A stretch of DNA of 64,000 bases from the NCBI GenBank assembly GCA_964187785.1, contig OZ076409.1, positions 44,332,001 through 44,396,000 on the forward strand. Direction: 5' to 3'. Source of the DNA: Amphiscolops sp. MND2022. Lineage: Eukaryota. The notes beneath the pieces are model-generated. The model was not told the DNA's origin. It made no database searches and worked only from the letters and a program-made list of their open reading frames with translations. Positions 61,440 through 64,000 of the stretch are shown here, in pieces (the first letter of the stretch is position 1; every line of letters begins with the position of its first letter). A program made the position numbers and the translations under genes.

Positions 61440-63960
61440 TATAGAGGTTTTTTTTTAAAAAAAATTATATGTAATAAATTTCTTCGAACGCATCTCTGTC
61501 GCTCACAGTTCCTAGAACTCAGGCCGCATTGCCGATCTGAAGAACCATTGAAAACCGCTGCTTCAAAAAGGTGCCAACTCGTTGATCGACAGAGCATTTT
61601 ACGACAGAGCATTTTACAGAGACGCGTGATGAAAATTTCGCTGCTGTCGCTTAAAGAACCCTGTACTTCCAAGGCCACTGGTTGAAACATGTATCTGTTG
61701 TCTATTAATTCGCGATACTTCTCAATTTTACGCGCTTCATCCTCGGTGGCGGTGGTTCCCGGGTTACATAAAGAGCCTTGATTCAGGCGACTGGGCGACT
61801 GAGCATCCACAACAGTGACATCCCACACCAGCTGTTTACCCATTTCCCTAGAAATCGTGGTAACACCGTCTGGGCGCTTGCCATCGGTTCGGTACAGTCC
61901 GCGTGGTTCGAGCATTGAAGGCAAGCCGAGAGATCCCAACGTCTGCTTTATGAGAGAATTGAGAGTAGCATGACGTGAGAAGCGACCAGCATTCTTGGTG
62001 CAAGAAAGACCTTGTAAACCGTCCCGTTCAACTCTTTTACCACAGCGGCACGTATGCGCAACACAAATGTTGGCTCCGAGATGTAAACCAATTGAAATCC
62101 GAAGTTGCTGATCATCAAGTTTCAGGCCTAGGTTCTTACAAGGAACGACGTTTAGCCATTGGGACCCGAATTTACCTTGATGAGCGTTGAAAACTTTCGA
62201 ACGTTTGTCATCCATTCTAGAAATCAAACCTTGGGCGCTTTTGACGGAGACAGGTTGTGTCCAATTTTTCAGGGTTCCATCGAGAGGACTTTCCTGTTCA
62301 TTCGTCAAACTCAACCATTTATCAAGCGCTTCAGTAAGTGAAACATGTTCGAATGTTTCCGAGAAAATCGCTGTGAGAAAGTCATCCGCACCAAAAGCTG
62401 AGGCCAAAAAATCGGGAAGTGCTAATAATGATGCGAATTGCACCCCAAGACCACCCATTCCAGCGGGCAAAGCCAGCTGGGTACTCGGAATATCGTCGAA
62501 GTTCACATTACACACTTCCGGAAGCCCGTCGCGTACGGTTTTGTCATACTTTTCCAAGAGAGCTGGATGATTAAAACATGTACTGGTTCTCAGGAAGTAC
62601 AACAACTTTGGCAGACTGAAGCACTTTTCCAACATAAAAAAACCATAGTGCGCATCTAGTTTTTTCAACAATCCACTAACATTTTCCAGTTCATTGATTT
62701 TTTTCCAATAAGTCAGCTTGTGATTCCGGGCCGAGCGGTGAACCAAGAATGATAAGTTCATCTTTTTTTGGTGTTTTGATCCCGGGGTAAAGTTTGTGGA
62801 AAGATGCTAAAATTGTCGATCAGCGTTTTTCAGTTATGTCCCCAAGGAAAAAAATCGCATTTCGTGGGTTTAATTTTGAGTCCCAGCGTTTTTTCCGCTT
62901 CAACTATTTTTTGAGATACAGCTTGTCTACTGTCGACTTCCGTATCTTGCCTGAGGTGATTCGAAGACATGGTATCCGGGACACTTTGCGGATAACCGGC
63001 GGAAGGTATTGCCTACAGCGATAGGACGAAGTCCTCCTTCAGTCTTTTTAGCGCAATTAGTTTCGCAGCAAAGAAGTATGGCCGAAGTTCGAAAGGTACT
63101 TTTCTTTCGAGAAGTACATTCACAAGATTTGTTAAGGCATTGAAAAAATTCAGTCCAGTTTGCCCGTTCGGCGGTCAAATCTTTCATAGTTTGTGGCGAA
63201 ATGCCATCCAACCCTGCACTAGAGCCATTGGGGAAGGAAATGAGAGCCTTGTGGAGGAAAAACTCCGAGGTTGAAGAACAATCGATAGCTGTGGGGTCCG
63301 GAACAGAGCAAGTTTCCTTTGCGGATGTATCAGCTTGAGGGCAGCGTAGTTGCCGACCGTGAAATCTGCATTCTTGTCGTCGCCTACTGCCATTCTGATT
63401 CAGGCCTTAACATTACCTTCGTCTAATTTAGTGCAAATGGAACGCAGTCGTCGATGTAACTCGCTTTTCTGCAGCAGTTTTCTGTCGCGTTTCGGTTTTT
63501 CTCAATGACACCATCTCGAATACGCTTGTTGATAATTGCACTGAGTGATGACCACTGACGTTTACCTCCTCGAGGTGGTTTCTCCAAAAAAACAACTTTG
63601 AGAGGAGAGCAATAAGCACCACAAGGCAATATTTGACGGGGTTTCACAAATAATAATTTTGGGTACCAAGTTTTCAGCTAGAGGGATCCGTGAATTTCTA
63701 GGAACTCGTTTCAAGTGAACAACGTCTGAATTAAAAAGGGTGTCTGGTCTAAAGTTATGATCGTGACACTGAGGGATTGTGTTCACTAAAGAGCATCTGC
63801 AACATTTACCTACAATTTACCCAGTCTATCAACCCTGAGGGCTTCAGACACTTCAGAGCGTTGCAGGTTTCGTTGTTTTTCATCACAACTCAACCTAGAA
63901 ACCTAACCAATTGCAGGAATACCACATTTGGGTGTGTGCCAATCTCCCAAAAAAACAATC
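61440..63960 (-). mobile_element. RLE-type (CRE-like) non-LTR retrotransposon remnant with RT core deleted
   Basis: GGLRPIAVGNTFRRL (RT N-part), GGLG, CRCG knuckle-like region, RH, and endonuclease motifs KRPDG, WDVTV, KIEKY and FQPVALE; frameshifted. Confidence 0.85.
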
Positions 63961-64000
63961 ACCACAGAAGTGAAGCAATCCGTGTATGGAAAAAAACGTT

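Overview
Repeat-rich eukaryotic (invertebrate animal-like) genomic DNA, not prokaryotic; species not determinable from the window alone. It holds three host genes, all on the minus strand: a 4-exon farnesyl/geranylgeranyltransferase alpha subunit (FNTA-like, 19959-26307), an uninterrupted 1769-aa NSD-family H3K36 methyltransferase (34630-39939) and a 2-exon ATAD5/Elg1-like RFC ATPase (40608-44582). The rest is largely mobile DNA: two decayed Ty3/Gypsy elements (1-~9682 on +; ~48138-~57856 on -), many non-autonomous Helentron-like (HINE/DINE-1-type) repeats, an internally deleted hAT-like transposon, a LINE interrupted by a MITE with a 9-bp TSD, and an RLE-type non-LTR element missing its RT core. 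Main discovery candidate: both Gypsy elements carry, downstream of pol and antisense to it, a homologous zinc-finger gene resembling a hAT transposase. This gene has GT-AG introns at conserved positions, including an 82-nt exon of the same phases in both copies. Both elements also appear to start gag inside the LTR. All alignments were done by eye; no database searches were run.
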